Origin: Octopus sinensis
Lineage: Eukaryota
Assembly: GCF_006345805.1 (NCBI RefSeq)
Contig: NC_043002.1
Span: 12,524,001 to 12,588,000, forward strand
Direction of reading: 5' to 3'
Length of the DNA: 64,000 nucleotides
Positions within the stretch are counted from its first letter, which is position 1, and the number at the start of each line of letters is the position of its first letter. Made by a program: the position numbers and the translations under genes. Under the pieces are notes generated by a model that worked only from the letters and a program-made list of their open reading frames with translations, was not told the DNA's origin and searched no databases. Shown one piece after another: positions 1 to 12,777 of the stretch.

Positions 1-125
1 ATCGACTCACAAGGCTTTCGTTGCCCCGAGTTTATAGTAGAAGATGCTTGCCCAAGCTGCCACGCAGTGGGACAGAACCTGAAACCATATGGTTAAGCTT
101 CTTACCACGCAGCCACTCTGGCGCC
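1..125 (-). mobile_element. SINE family A (CORE-like tRNA SINE), head module, truncated by window edge
   Basis: Reverse complement matches the head of the full copies (GGCGC-AGAGTGGCTG...CAGTCCCACTGCGTGGC..CTTGGGCAAG). Confidence 0.8.
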
Positions 126-159
126 CATATATACACACACACACCCACATGCACATATG

Positions 160-315
160 TGTACAGGACATCACCAACAGTGCAAATAACATGAAATACG
201 TAAACAACAATAAAAAAAATAGAAAACAGGACAAGTAAGCACGAAGAGTTGTCAGCTGTCTATCTACTCCTCATTTCGAGCATTCAACGACAATATGAGT
301 CTTCAGTGACAGTTG
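160..315 (-). mobile_element. Penelope-like/retrozyme fragment with degenerate hammerhead remnant
   Basis: Minus strand CTGAAGA (306-300) ... GAAA (277-274) ... GTA. Stem II lacks the G10.1-C11.1 pair. Confidence 0.3.
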
Positions 316-320
316 CTCCC

Positions 321-458
321 GGTTCAGCAAAAAGAGACCGATAGAATAGGTATTAGGCTTACAAAGAATAAGTCATGGGATTGATTTGTTCGACTAAAGG
401 CGGTGCTCCAGCATGACCGCAGTCAAATGACTGAAACTAGTAAAAGAACAAAAGAATA
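321..458 (+). mobile_element. SINE family A tail module
   Basis: GAGACCGATAGAATA...GGCGGTGCTCCAGCATG..GCAGTCAAATGACTGAAAC, shared with more than 10 copies in the window. Confidence 0.8.
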
Positions 459-1557
459 ATACTTTTATCCAGTAAATATAAATGTAAACGGAAGTCGTGT
501 ATTCCTTCCTTCCTTCATTCATTAATTCTCCCCTGTCCCTTCACCGTGTGGTCCCTGGGGCATTCGTCAATGACGTTGTAACTAGATTTCACCACTTCCG
601 TCAGTCTTCTGTTTGCTGTCCGCTGAAGACGTTAACCCGGGTGACGACCTCTTCAGTGGGAGTCCTGGTCTGGCAGTCATCATCATAAAGGTATCATGAA
701 TGAATAAGTTCGCTTGGCTACACCCATTCCTCTCCAAGCTGTTGGCCACAAGCGTATGCCTCTAACTGAGGCATAGTGTCCTGGCTCCGAACACCAGGCT
801 GTTAACTTGAGCAGGTTGCTCCGCCCTTAGCGGTGACTCCTTGCGAAGACTTACCCGAAATCTTTCCCCTTTTGGTGCAATATTAACATGATGTCCTTAC
901 ATGGTTTAGCTCCCCAGCTGAATGTATTAGAGTATGACTCTAGGAGCCATCGAATGAGAGATTAAGAGTTGAATGAGGACCCGAGATGTCTTACCAGGTA
1001 ACCATCCATTGCTGGGTACAGCTGTCAGACACTATGTTATTGCAGTGCCATAATCTGTGTTTACTGCACATGCTGCAGTTGTGCTTTAGCTTAAGATTGT
1101 AGGCTTATAGCTGCATATCCCACCTTTTTAGACATAGTGTATCTCGTATTATACTGCTTAACGTGTTCTCTGTTCTTTAAAGGAAGATTTGCTTCTTCGT
1201 TCTAACACGTTCGTGGCAATGGCTTTCTTGTTAGCATGCATAGAGAGCAAAAGAATATAAACGAATGTCTAACTACGAGAAATAAAAGGATTGTGAATGA
1301 TGGCGATGAGGTTTCAAGTGCAATCCACTAATGTAGGTTTCTGCATGCCTTCAATCACACACCATAGCAATTCATGGCACCTCTTTTAGGTGAACAAGGT
1401 TTTGTCCTTTTACGAGATATTCAGTTTCTACCTTATTCTGCTCTTTTCTCGACCGACGATTCCACATGCACTGCTCCTATGTCATTTAGTAAAGAGAATC
1501 AAGGTTAACGACTCGTAGAACTACGGCATTTCGTTATGTCAGTGATGTTGGTTTTCT

Positions 1558-1820
1558 TTTATTCTTTTACTTCTTTCAGTCATTTGACTGCGGCCATGCT
1601 GGAGCACCGCCTTTAGTCGAATCAAATCGACCCCAGGACTTATTCTTTGTAAGCCTAGTACTTATTCTATCGGCCACTTTGCCGAACCGCTAAGTTACAG
1701 GGATCTAAACATACCAGCATCGGTTGTCAAGCGATGTTGGGGGGGACTAGCACAGACACACAAACATATATACACACATATATATACGATGTTGGGGGAA
1801 CAAACACATATACACAACAT

Positions 1821-1859
<39 letters not shown>

Positions 1860-2027
1860 AGCATATATACGACGGGCTTCTTTCAGTTTCCGTCTACCAG
1901 ATCTACTCACAAAGCTTTGGTCGGTCCAAGGCTGTAGTAGAAAACACTTGACCAAGGTGCCACGCACTGGGACTGAACCCGGAACCATGTGGCTGGTAAG
2001 CAAGCTACTTACCACACAGCCACTCCT
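1558..2027 (-). mobile_element. SINE family A, full length
   Basis: tRNA-like A box (TGGCTGTGTGG) and B box (GGTTCAGTCCC), CORE-like CTTGG.CAAG motif, internal (CA)/(TA) microsatellite, tail module. Confidence 0.9.
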
Positions 2028-2038
2028 TGTTGGAAATT

Positions 2039-2444
<406 letters not shown>

Positions 2445-3207
2445 ATTACGAGGTGGGTGCGCAAAGAAGTGAAGTGTATAAAAGCAATATTATTACCAAT
2501 TCGGATACTCCAGCGGGTAGGTGGTGCTGTGAGCAGATTTAGGTGTATATATTTACACCATGTGTTTATAGCGAAAAGTTTTCTCGATGACACAACACAG
2601 CGAATGGCTTGTTTACGAATTCGAACTTGCCACCTTTATGCCTTTGCATAATACCGAGAAGTTAAAATGTCTGACTACACGATAACAAAATGGTTCGACA
2701 CTTCTTTACGTTATGAATTTCTATAAAAGCAAAGTGGATACGAATTCAATTGTTTGTAGAAAGATTTAGAGTCATTTGTCGAAAAGCAAATATGAAAATG
2801 TTAGTCAGAAATTTAGTTAATTTTTTTTCCTAATTTTTCACCGTGCAATTATTTATAATTAGCTATTTAAGTCTCCTATTATTAAATATGTCAAAATTAG
2901 CTCAACACTATAGATAAGACCTAGACTGATAACGATAAAAAAAAAATGTATGCGTTATAATTAATTAAAGGACAAGAAGTTTAATAACTCTATTACTTTT
3001 TTAAGATGTCAATAAAAGGTCAAATGTACGATTGTGAAATAATTAACACCGATATGATATTAGATTTTTTTTTCCAATAAGTCCATTAAGACGGACTAAA
3101 ACCACAAATGTGATATTATTTAATTAATAAGAACTAATTTTCAAACATAACAGAAACATGCTTCGCCATGTACATGTTCAGCTTTAACTACACTTTCTCC
3201 CTCTCTT

Positions 3208-3244
<37 letters not shown>

Positions 3245-3245
<1 letters not shown>

Positions 3246-3475
3246 CTTTACTCTCTTTACTCTTTTATTTGTTTCAGTCATTTGAAGGAGGCCATGTTGG
3301 AGCACCGCCTTTAGTCGAGCAAATCGACCGCAGGACTTAATCTTTGTAAGCCTAGGACTTATTCTATCGGTCTCTTTTGCCGAACCACCAGGTTACGAGC
3401 ATGTAAACACACCAGCATCGGTTGTCAAGCGATGTTGGGCGGGGGGGGACAAAACACAGACACAGAAATATATAT

Positions 3476-3533
<58 letters not shown>

Positions 3534-3691
3534 CGACTTCTTTCAGTTTCCGTCTACCAAATCCACTCGCAAGGCTTTGGTCGACCCGAGGCTATAGAAG
3601 AAGATACTTGTCCAAGCTGCCATGCAGTGGGACTGAACCTGGAACAATGTGGTTCGTAAGCAAGCTACTTACCACACAGCCACTCCCACGC
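3245..3691 (-). mobile_element. SINE family A, full length
   Basis: Same head/microsatellite/tail organisation as 1558-2027. Confidence 0.9.
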
Positions 3692-3793
3692 TTGGATAAA
3701 GAAGTATGTAGCTTTTACCTCTGTTGCCTTTTTTCAATATATTGAATACCTTGGGTTACGAATTGATGAAGGTAAATATATTTTATAGTTATA

Positions 3794-4187
3794 CTAGCAG
3801 TTTCGCCCGGCGTTGCTCGGGTTTGTAAGGGAAATAACTATATAAGCATTTTTAGAGATGTAAAGTATAATAGCCATCTCAATATAGCTAACCACATAGG
3901 GGGGTGTTACTGTAGCTTTTTACGTTCTGAGATTTAATAATAAATTTTTAGAGAGTTACTTCTCTTATATAATAGCAAAAAAATGCATTAAAAATGGTGA
4001 AAAATGATGGTAATTTTTTTTTAAATCGTAGACTCATCGTAGACGCGCGCTAATACCCAGAAGGGCTTGATATGAATCACGACTATAAGATACCCGGTTT
4101 TGGTTACACTGCACTGCAAAATGTGGGAGTAGTTAGGAATCTAAATCGTAGGAGACAGACACACAACTTCACTTTTATATATAAAGA
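3794..4187 (-). mobile_element. Non-autonomous Helitron, ~394 bp
   Basis: Minus strand reads A|TCTTTATATATAAAAG ... GC-rich subterminal hairpin CCCGAGCAACGCCGGG ... CTAG|T. No TSD; inserted between A and T. Confidence 0.75.
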
Positions 4188-4561
4188 TTTTTCTTAAAAT
4201 TTTCTTAAAATATGTTATGTAGAACTAAAGATTGAAAAAAGGTGCTTCTAAATTAAGTTAATTTTAAAAAATTGATTTATTTTGTTTGTACATTAATCGT
4301 GAAACAAGTTTTGTATTGACCACAGTAACTGATAAAATAGACTTCATCTGTTTAGCTCGCCTTACAGCATTTTCGTACCAAGGACAAAATCCGTCTGTTT
4401 TTATTTTATTTTATTTAAAAAAAAACAACGGCCATTCAACACGTTGGCATTCGGCTTTAACTGCTCTTTCTCCCTTTCTATGTCTTTTTATACATATGTG
4501 TGTGTGTCGTTTGTAAATAACATAAATCCGGAGAAGAAGCATACTCTAAGGTGAAGAGCAG

Positions 4562-4760
4562 TATATTTTTTTCACTGGGGAAAGCCGGTTTATGAGCTTA
4601 CTCTGGGTTTCCCGTCCATAAAGGTTTTACCTTCATGGCTTATCGTCTTAGGCCAACAGGTTTTGCGGTCTGACGATACGCCATAAAGGCAAACCCTTTA
4701 TGGAAGGGAAACCCAGGGCAATCCCATAAACCGGCCCTTCCCCAGAAAAAAAAATATATA
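4562..4760. repeat. ~200 bp imperfect palindrome (MITE-like or fold-back relic)
   Basis: CTGGGGAAAGCCGGTTTATG...GGGTTTCCCGTCCATAAAGG (from 4575) is mirrored by CCTTTATGGAAGGGAAACCC...CATAAACCGGCCCTTCCCCAG (to 4745). The T-run and A-run flanks are also symmetric. Confidence 0.8.
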
Positions 4761-4787
4761 TATATAGATATAGATATAGATACACAC

Positions 4788-4868
<81 letters not shown>

Positions 4869-4877
4869 TGTGTGTGT

Positions 4878-5250
4878 GGTCTTTGGAATAGTGCCTCTCG
4901 AAGTACATAAAGCTACAAATAATGGGATATAAATTTTGGGTTGAAAAAGTCCTTTTGAAAGTTCCCCTCCGAGGCACAGGGCCGGGCAAAGTTGTTTATG
5001 GACCGCCAGCAGTCACCCATACATATCATCCTTCCCTCTCCATGCCACCGATGTTATCCAAGGGAAAGGCAAAGGGGCCGATGCAGCCTGGCACCAGTGA
5101 TGTTGCAACTCATTTCTACAGCTGAGCGAACTGGAACAACGTTAAGTAAAGTGTCTTGCTCAAGAACACACACAGCCCCGCCCGGGAATCAACCTCACTT
5201 CCTCATGATTGTGAGCCGGATTCTCTAACCACTGAGCCATGCACCTTCAC
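4878..5250 (-). mobile_element. SINE family B (CORE-like tRNA SINE)
   Basis: Minus strand TGGCTCAGTGG A box, TTGAGCAAGACACTTTA central motif; homologous to 10764-11100. Confidence 0.8.
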
Positions 5251-5599
5251 ACGTCCACACAATAACCCTTTATATAATAATAGTTACATGACCGCTTTTC
5301 AGGACTTTTCTGGTCTATAACTTCTTATAACCCGCACTAATTTACACTTACGTATAGGTGTCTGTATTTCATTTAATTATTGAAGTAAATTTAATATTTG
5401 TGTAATTTGGATTTTGCTGACTAAAAGTGTGTCCACTCTTAGCTCGGAAAATCAGTAATAAAGAAATGCTTTGGAGCCTAAGGTGCCTGAAAATCTATTT
5501 TATACTTGTATTTAATGTAAATATATCATGATAGTCAAAACATACGATTACGTTCCTCGTGAGATAATATCTCATACAGGCGCACTGTATCTGAAAACA

Positions 5600-5910
5600 C
5601 ACCTTATATTATGTCCTGTTATTTGTATTTGTCTAACATTTCTGATCTTTTTTCCTGTCCTTGTTTTCGTTTACATTCGCTGCTTTCTTCTAAGGAATGT
5701 AATGGTCTTAGCTTATTTTTCCTTGGGGTTGGTCAGATTGGAGCAATCTCGAGTATAACCAGCCGAAATTGCAAAGATAATCTGGACTCGACTGAAGAGA
5801 GAAAATTCCGAATGATCCGTCCTTGTTTTCCTTGTATCTTCTGTCTGGATATTTTGTTTTCCTTTTTTTGTTTCACCTAACTGTCTGGATGTTGTGCGTT
5901 CTGTCCCTTT
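5600..5910 (+). mobile_element. T-rich Penelope-like repeat fragment
   Basis: Shares CAGCCGAAATTGC.AAGAT.ATC.GG....GACTGAAGA with 33745-34010 (minus); classification is inference. Confidence 0.4.
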
Positions 5911-5929
5911 TTGCATTTTATATATATAT

Positions 5930-5971
<42 letters not shown>

Positions 5972-5975
<4 letters not shown>

Positions 5976-6523
5976 AAATATTAGGGAGTAAATCCAAATT
6001 TACAGGGAAAAAATCAGATTAGGATTAAATCCAATTTTATAGTAAAATATTATATAATATTAATTAGAGACAAAACCACTATTTTGTAAAACAAACAAGG
6101 AAAGACTTAATCAATACATAAAATTTTAATAAAAAGTAAAAAATAAAAAATATATATAATTTACAAGATAAGGGTAGAAGAAAAATTCTAATGCCAAATA
6201 TGCCGAAATAAAAGATTTTTTTTGTCGATAACCATTATAATTTATGCGTCTCGAAACAAACTGATAGAAATCTCTAAAAAATTCGTTATTACCGTATTGG
6301 TCCAAATTCGGGGTTAATTCATGAGAAATTGTCCCCTCTTCAGCGGCAAATACGCGAGATATAAATGAAATACTTACTCAAACCCCGAAATTGGACGAAT
6401 TTTTTAGAGATTTCTATCGGTTTGTTTCGAGACGCATAAATTATAATGGTTATCGACAAAAAAAAATTTGTTTCGGCATATTTGGCATTAGAATTTTTTT
6501 TCTACCCTTATCTTGTAAATTAT
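5972..6523 (-). mobile_element. Fold-back non-autonomous HHR element (Penelope-like)
   Basis: Inverted arms ~6156-6285 and ~6396-6523. 5972-6135 is near-identical to 36943-37113. HHR lies in the spacer and the element ends at (TA)n. Confidence 0.7.
6289..6350 (-). ncRNA. Type I hammerhead ribozyme, one core substitution (A15.1U)
   Basis: TTGCCG-CTGAAGA-GGGG..CCCC-GAAT-TTG GAC CAA-TA-CGGTAA: stems I, II and III all pair. The partial inverted copy at 6383-6396 keeps GAAA. Confidence 0.75.
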
Positions 6524-7312
6524 GTATAAATTTTACCTTTAAAAGCATTTTTTGATATGCTGGCCATTGATAAAAAATTTTTCCCGAAAAAAATTTTATC
6601 CTATGTTAATTATATATATATATATATATATACCAGAGGAAGACGAAACTTGTTCCCGAAGCGGCGAGTGTCAATGCTAAATGTATTTCTAGCTCGTAGG
6701 ACGTTATCAGTAACGTGTACTCTCACCCTGCATACGTAGTCAGAATCAGTCGTCTATCACGGTATATTTACGTTAGGCATGTTAGATAAATGATTATTTT
6801 AATCTAACACTGCTGCTGTTACATATAACGAGATTTATTCAGCAGGGCGGCTACTTGCAAAATCAATGATTGTTTAATCACCATTTACGCATATATATAT
6901 ATGGGAGGAGTCACGCCTCCTTCTGACATCATGTCCTTAGAAGATACTATCTCTTGACGAATACAGCAGTGAAATTTGCCTATAACGATGTATTTACATT
7001 AAATATGATACCTAAGTGCTTACTTTAATGTAATACTTCATCTGTTGCACATAACTGACATTGATATTACAGCTATTTGCTATTGCAAGCTAACTCTTGC
7101 TTACTGTATCTCAGTTAAGGTACTAATGCAACCATGTTTAAGTAGAATTTGCAAGTATGCTTTCCTTTGTGGTTTTGGTATGTTCTCAACGTAAGTCCCA
7201 CCAAAACTTTGTTCTAATGACACGGTAGGCATCGCAATTTTTCCGGTAGAGAGTTTGTGTATTCAATAATTTCGCTTGGCATAGCAAAACAGCTATAATA
7301 TATATATATATA

Positions 7313-7349
<37 letters not shown>

Positions 7350-7444
7350 ATAGAAATGGTAAGACAACAAAAGAAAGGAAGAGACCTCAATATTATGTAA
7401 ATAGAGGAATTTACCTGTAAATATTATATGTGACAATTGTTCGG

Positions 7445-7510
7445 TAGCCATGATAAAACTCCGAGTTTCGGATGCCGAGGTGGAAATCCACACCTTCAGT
7501 TAACCGGCCA
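7445..7510 (-). ncRNA. Degenerate type I hammerhead motif in a Penelope-like fragment (7328-7512)
   Basis: CTGAAGG (A9G) 7499-7493, hairpin GTGGA/TCCAC, GAAA 7469-7466, stem III CT.CGG.AG, GTT triplet. Confidence 0.4.
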
Positions 7511-7546
7511 TCGGAAATACATATATATATATACATATATATATAA

Positions 7547-8068
7547 CTAAATTTATCAAGCTTCTGTGTATCTAGTACATACTTCGCCTTTTAATGTACT
7601 TATATATGAATATATATGGGCCTGTGCTAGAACACCGGCGATAATAATTAATTTTATTTATCGCATTTGACTTGTTTACATATTTCTCGATAAATTTTGA
7701 GCGTTAGACTATATACCAGAAACCCCTAGTTTGTCGGGTACGTTCTGCGTCTGCGCAGTGATCTGATTAGTTAGAAAGAGCAAATTAGTAGACGCACATG
7801 CTTCTATTGAGGTGCGATTTCAGAATAACAGGCTCTTACTGACGAGTCTCCCTGAGTAAATAAATTATTTTATTGATGAAAAAGACGAACTGCAGTATAG
7901 ATGAACCGAGTTAGTAAAAGTTTTTATTTTCATTTCACCTAAATTTATCAAGCTTCTGTGTATCTAGTACATACTTCGCCTTTTAATGTACTTATATATG
8001 AATAATATATGGCCTGTGCTAGAACACCGGCGATAATAATCAATTTTATTTTATCGCATTTTGACTTT
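7547..8068 (+). mobile_element. Partial-tandem element: ~130 bp direct repeats with 392 bp period and an internal HHR (retrozyme-like)
   Basis: CTAAATTTATCAAGCTTCTGTG...TATCGCATTT occurs at 7547-7677 and 7939-8068; flanked by (TA)n on both sides. Confidence 0.7.
7832..7900 (+). ncRNA. Type I hammerhead motif, one A of GAAA missing
   Basis: CTGACGA 7839-7845, stem II GTCT/AGAC, GAA, palindromic C-TGCA-G, TA. Stem I is weak. Confidence 0.5.
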
Positions 8069-8095
8069 GTGTATATATATATATATATATATATA

Positions 8096-8483
8096 CTAGT
8101 AGTATCGCCCGGCGTTGCTCAGGTTTGTAAGGGAAATAACTATAAAGCATTTTTAGAGAGTTATAGCCAAAAAATAGCCAAAAAATGGAAAAAAAATGAT
8201 GGTAAATTTTTTTTTTGAGAGTAATAAAAGGTTGAGTTGCGTCCCCTAGACAGTCTGTGGTTTGTTTTTTTTTATTCTCGACCCCATGTCGAATTTATCG
8301 ATTTTTTTCAGAACTGGGGGAACTTTTCAAAATTTTCGCTGCGTTAGTTTTGAATTATGACATTGGGCTATGTGTGTGTCAAGTTTCATCAGAATCGGTT
8401 GAAAGCCGTGGTCAGGGTGAGGGTACGAGAAAACAGACACACAGAAACACGCACAGACAAACTGCCGTTTATATAGAGAGAGA
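8096..8483 (-). mobile_element. Non-autonomous Helitron, ~388 bp
   Basis: Minus strand A|TCTCTCTCTATATAAAC ... hairpin ... CTAG|T. Its 3' ~75 bp is shared with 3794-4187. Confidence 0.7.
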
Positions 8484-8493
8484 TATATATATA

Positions 8494-9698
8494 TAGGGTC
8501 ATCTCAAAGATAATGCAGTTTTTTCAATTGCATGAACTAAAAGTAGGAAGAGGACGGTATAAACTACCTGCATTAACTTGCTGTAAAAGCAGATAGAAAT
8601 TTTATCTTGTCTTTATTCTTAGTGCAAGATTTGAAGAGTGCACTTCAATTTTTCAAGTTTTTTTTCCAAGCTATAATGGAAGTGATAAAGGAGAATATTC
8701 GGTATTTTTTGCATTATGGTTTAATAATGGCCACAGTGCAACGGAAAGTGCGAGGAATATCAATGCAATAACAAGAAGTGTAAGCCAGTGTCAACAGTGG
8801 TTCCAGAAGTTCTGAGCTGGAAACTACAGCCTAGAAGGCCTAGAAGGCGATCCTCGTCCCCGAAGATCTGTACAGCTCAATGAGGACGCCCTGCGAAACC
8901 TGATGCAACAAGATGCCATCGTAAATGTTGAGGAACTAGCAGAGAATTTGGGATTTGGTCATTTAACCATTCATCGACACTTGCGTGGCATCGGAAAAGT
9001 CAGCAAATTGTGTCAATGGGTTTCTCACAAATTTCCGAGTCCAATCGCGCGCAGAGAGTGAATGTGAGCTGTTATTTGCTGTCATGTCACACGAATGAAT
9101 AGTGACTGGTGACGAGAAATGGTTAGGGAAAGGAGAAACACTGGCACCATGATAAAGAAGGTCTTCACCCACATAAAGTGTTTGGTGGAATATGAAAGGT
9201 TTAGTTCGCTTTGAACTTTTGAGCCCAGACTATACGATAACAAAGGAGATCAACTGAGAGAAGTTTGAGGGCTTAAGTCAGCGCTAGAAGAAAAGAGACC
9301 ATCTTTTGTTTCAAGACGAAAGCTATTCTTCCATCAGAATAATACACGGCCACCTACAGCGAGGAAGACATTCTAAAGGCTGGAGCAGTTGGGAAACGAT
9401 GCGAAACGATGCGAAACGATGCCCCGCCCATCAATTTCGCCGGACATTGCCCCATCGGATTCTCATTTATTCTCCAGTCTTCAAAATCCTTTGGACGGAA
9501 AAAAGTGGATTCTGTCGACAATGTTACAACAGTACAGGAGGATTATTTTTCGTCACGGACAAGAGAATTTGGAAGAGGAACTTTGCAAGTCTACCAGGTA
9601 GATTGAAGAACAATGTAGAAAATGAAGGAGAGTATATTTTAAATCAAAAAAGAAGTGTGTTTATCAAGTATGAAAAACTGCATTATTTATGAGATGAC

Positions 9699-9702
<4 letters not shown>
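8494..9702 (+). mobile_element. Full-length degenerate mariner (DD34D) transposon
   Basis: ~30 bp TIRs (GGGTCATCTCA.A.ATAATGCAGTTTTT), TA flanks. Broken transposase: MEVIKENIR, VTGDEKW, HQNN.RP, SPDIAPSDSHLF. A 10-bp unit is triplicated at 9393-9422. Confidence 0.9.
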
Positions 9703-9969
<267 letters not shown>

Positions 9970-10497
9970 ATACAACAAGAATAATATTTGTCCTTATTAT
10001 AGAAAAAAGTGTTTAAGGACTGCAAAAAAAGTGCTCAGATATGAATAAGATAAAGAAGTATTAGTTATAGAACATTTTATTTTGTTTTATTTTATCATCA
10101 TTATATGTTTGTCCAATAGGCTTTTGATAATTTTAAATTTTTAGTCGTCATATGTAACTTTTGATAAGCCGTTCTATTTGTATTTTATTAGGATATATTT
10201 TTTTACATTCTGTGATTTTATGTATACGTATTATTTTTTTATGTGTTTGTAGACCATGGTGTTTTTTATATATGATTATATGTTTGAGGGGTGGTGTTGT
10301 ATGTAAAGTTTTTGACCTAAGATTAATGCTTGTTATATAACTAATGCTTACTTATATGTATGTATATTGAGAGAAGAAAGAGATGGACGCTTCAATTCTA
10401 TGCTGTTGACGCATTATGTCGTACGCGAATGAGAGGATTTGCATCCCCAACCAATAATTTTTGATGTACACATGTCCTTGTGAAGCTTGTTGTGTGC

Positions 10498-10574
10498 GCG
10501 GTGAAGAAGGCCACAGACATACATTATGCATTGTTATAAATCTGTCTAATAAAGGCCCGAAACATATGTACCGC
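10498..10574 (+). ncRNA. Type I hammerhead motif, C3 apparently deleted
   Basis: GCGG-TGAAGA-AGGCC..ACAGA/TCTGT..GGCCC-GAAA-C ATAT G-TA-CCGC. Confidence 0.6.
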
Positions 10575-10655
10575 TGAATCCTTGGCATCATGTTTTTATT
10601 TTGATCAATATATATGTATATATATATATGTATATATATATATATGTATATATAT

Positions 10656-10702
<47 letters not shown>

Positions 10703-10763
10703 ATATATATATTATATACATACACATGTATATATATACATATGCATTATGTATGTATGCATA

Positions 10764-11100
10764 TGTAAAGGCGCATAGCTCATAGTTAGGGCGTCGAGCT
10801 TACGATCGTGAGGTTGTGAGTTCGAATTCTGGACTGGGCTGCGTGTTGTGTTCTTGAAGAAGACACTTTATTTCACGATGCTCCAGTTCACTCAACTGTA
10901 GAAATGAGTTGCGACGTCACAGATGCTAAGCTGTATCGGCCTTTGCCTTTCTCTTGGATAACACTAATGGCGTAGAGAGGGGAGGCCGGTATGCATCGGC
11001 GACTGCTGGTCTTCCATAAACAACCTTGCCCGGACTTGTGCCTGGGAGGGTAACTTTCTAGCTGCAATCCCATGGTCAGTCATGACCGAAGGAGGTCTCA
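10764..11100 (+). mobile_element. SINE family B
   Basis: tRNA-like head (GAGTTCGAATTC B box); homologous to 4878-5250. Confidence 0.8.
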
Positions 11101-11403
11101 GCATATGTATATATATATATATATATATGTACTTAACAGAATATAAAATGTAGGTAGATTGAGTTGAAACCATGATAATCCGGCGTGTGAAAGTTCATAC
11201 TGGTTTGGCAGGGACAGACACAAATCAAAGAAATTCCTACCACATTGTCTTTGATGAAGCCGTTAATTTAAGTCGTCCTTTGTGTAGGTTTAACCCTCTT
11301 AGGAAAGCGTAACTCCCCGAATCATTTCGTTTGGCGTTGAATTTATATATTTCTTTTACTCTCTTCTGTACAAATATGACTTTATGCTTTGCATCTGCTT
11401 GTA

Positions 11404-11417
11404 GATACATACATACA

Positions 11418-11451
<34 letters not shown>

Positions 11452-11522
11452 CATACATAAATACATACATACATACATACATACATACATACATACATAC
11501 ATACATACATACATACATACAA
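11404..11522. repeat. (ACAT)n microsatellite
   Basis: Direct inspection. Confidence 0.95.
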
Positions 11523-11552
11523 ACAAACACGCGTGTCACATTTAAAAGTTAT

Positions 11553-11589
11553 CACAGCAATTGTTTCGACCTCAGGTCTCCAACAGGTG
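11553..11589 (-). ncRNA. Strongly degenerate hammerhead motif
   Basis: CAC-CTGTTGGA-GACC TGA GGTC-GAAA-C AATT G-CT-GTG; core and U16.1 are mutated. Confidence 0.35.
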
Positions 11590-12397
11590 TTGTAGTTCAA
11601 AGTGTTTTCTGGGGGCATGTGATATAAACATTTAGAAAGCCACCAGCGATTACTACTCAGCAAGTTTTAAGTAATAGGTATTTTCTAATATTTTAGCTAA
11701 ATTCATTGCTAAATGAGAAAATAAAATTGAAAAAAATATTTAGTGATCTCATGGCTGGAACGTAAGGCTACATTAACAAGTAAAGCTAATACCTCAATTT
11801 CGTATTCCAACCATGAGAGCAATAAATATCCTTTTAATTTTATTTCCTCCTCTGCTTATGACAATAAATGTAATATTGCTAAATACATTTTACCTATAAC
11901 AAGTTTGGTAGTTGGAGTTGACACACACTCTTTCTATCTATCTCTGGCTCTCTCTTATTATATAAATATACGTGTGTGTGTGTGTATGTGTGTGTGTGTG
12001 TGTGTGTCTGTGTGTCGCTGTATGTGTATGAGTGTATGTATGCAAATAGGTAGCCACATAGATAGATAGATAAATAGACTGATAGATAGATACTTAGGTA
12101 GATAGAGAATATACTACGATAAAAACGTCTCAAAACAATTGAAGTGGTTTTAGATGAAGAATTTATCTGCTTGTATAATTCATCTTTTGATATAAACTCT
12201 TCGGATACTCTGGAATTGAAGATGGATATCAAGTTTCTGGAACATTCCCACAGTATGATGGCATCAGGTAGCCAACAACTGTGGACGCGCTTTGCATAAC
12301 ATTCTACAAGGTTTTTATCCGAGTCTAGTTTAACTATAGGTGTCGTGTATCAATACCCCCCACACACACGCACACGTACACATGTATATATAATATA

Positions 12398-12485
<88 letters not shown>

Positions 12486-12552
12486 TTATGTATATGATAT
12501 ATATATATGTATGTATGTATATATATATTGTATGTATGTATATATATATATG

Positions 12553-12600
<48 letters not shown>

Positions 12601-12777
12601 ATATATATATATACTATATATATATATATATAATATATATATATATCTAGATTAAATAGTGTACATTTCTCATTTCTCGACTGAAATTGCGCTTGCGTGA
12701 TGAATTTTGAAAAATTATAACATACAATGATGAGGCATGTGTTATTTGTCTCTAAATTATATGCTAATTGTTAAGGC

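Noticed and set aside
497-1035. GC-richer segment resembling a LINE 5' UTR; includes the hairpin CTGAAGA...TCTTCAG at ~623-657
   Set aside because: No ORF motif or second copy to support a class. The hairpin lacks GAAA and stem III, so it is not a hammerhead.
2446-2700. TACGAGG start resembling a mariner TIR
   Set aside because: No matching right TIR or transposase remnant found.
4669-4720. CTGACGA...GCC ATAAA GGC AAAC as a hammerhead
   Set aside because: Extra bases after A9, G12 missing, and no U16.1/NUH triplet or stem I.
11170-11400. Minus-strand ORF tail next to a degenerate HHR as a Penelope GIY-YIG remnant
   Set aside because: No recognisable GIY-YIG or RT motif.
12150-12280. Protein-like frame KLFGYSGIEDGYQVSGTFPQYDGIR ending at AG|GTAGCC
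   Set aside because: Upstream in-frame stops, no usable acceptor and a weak donor.
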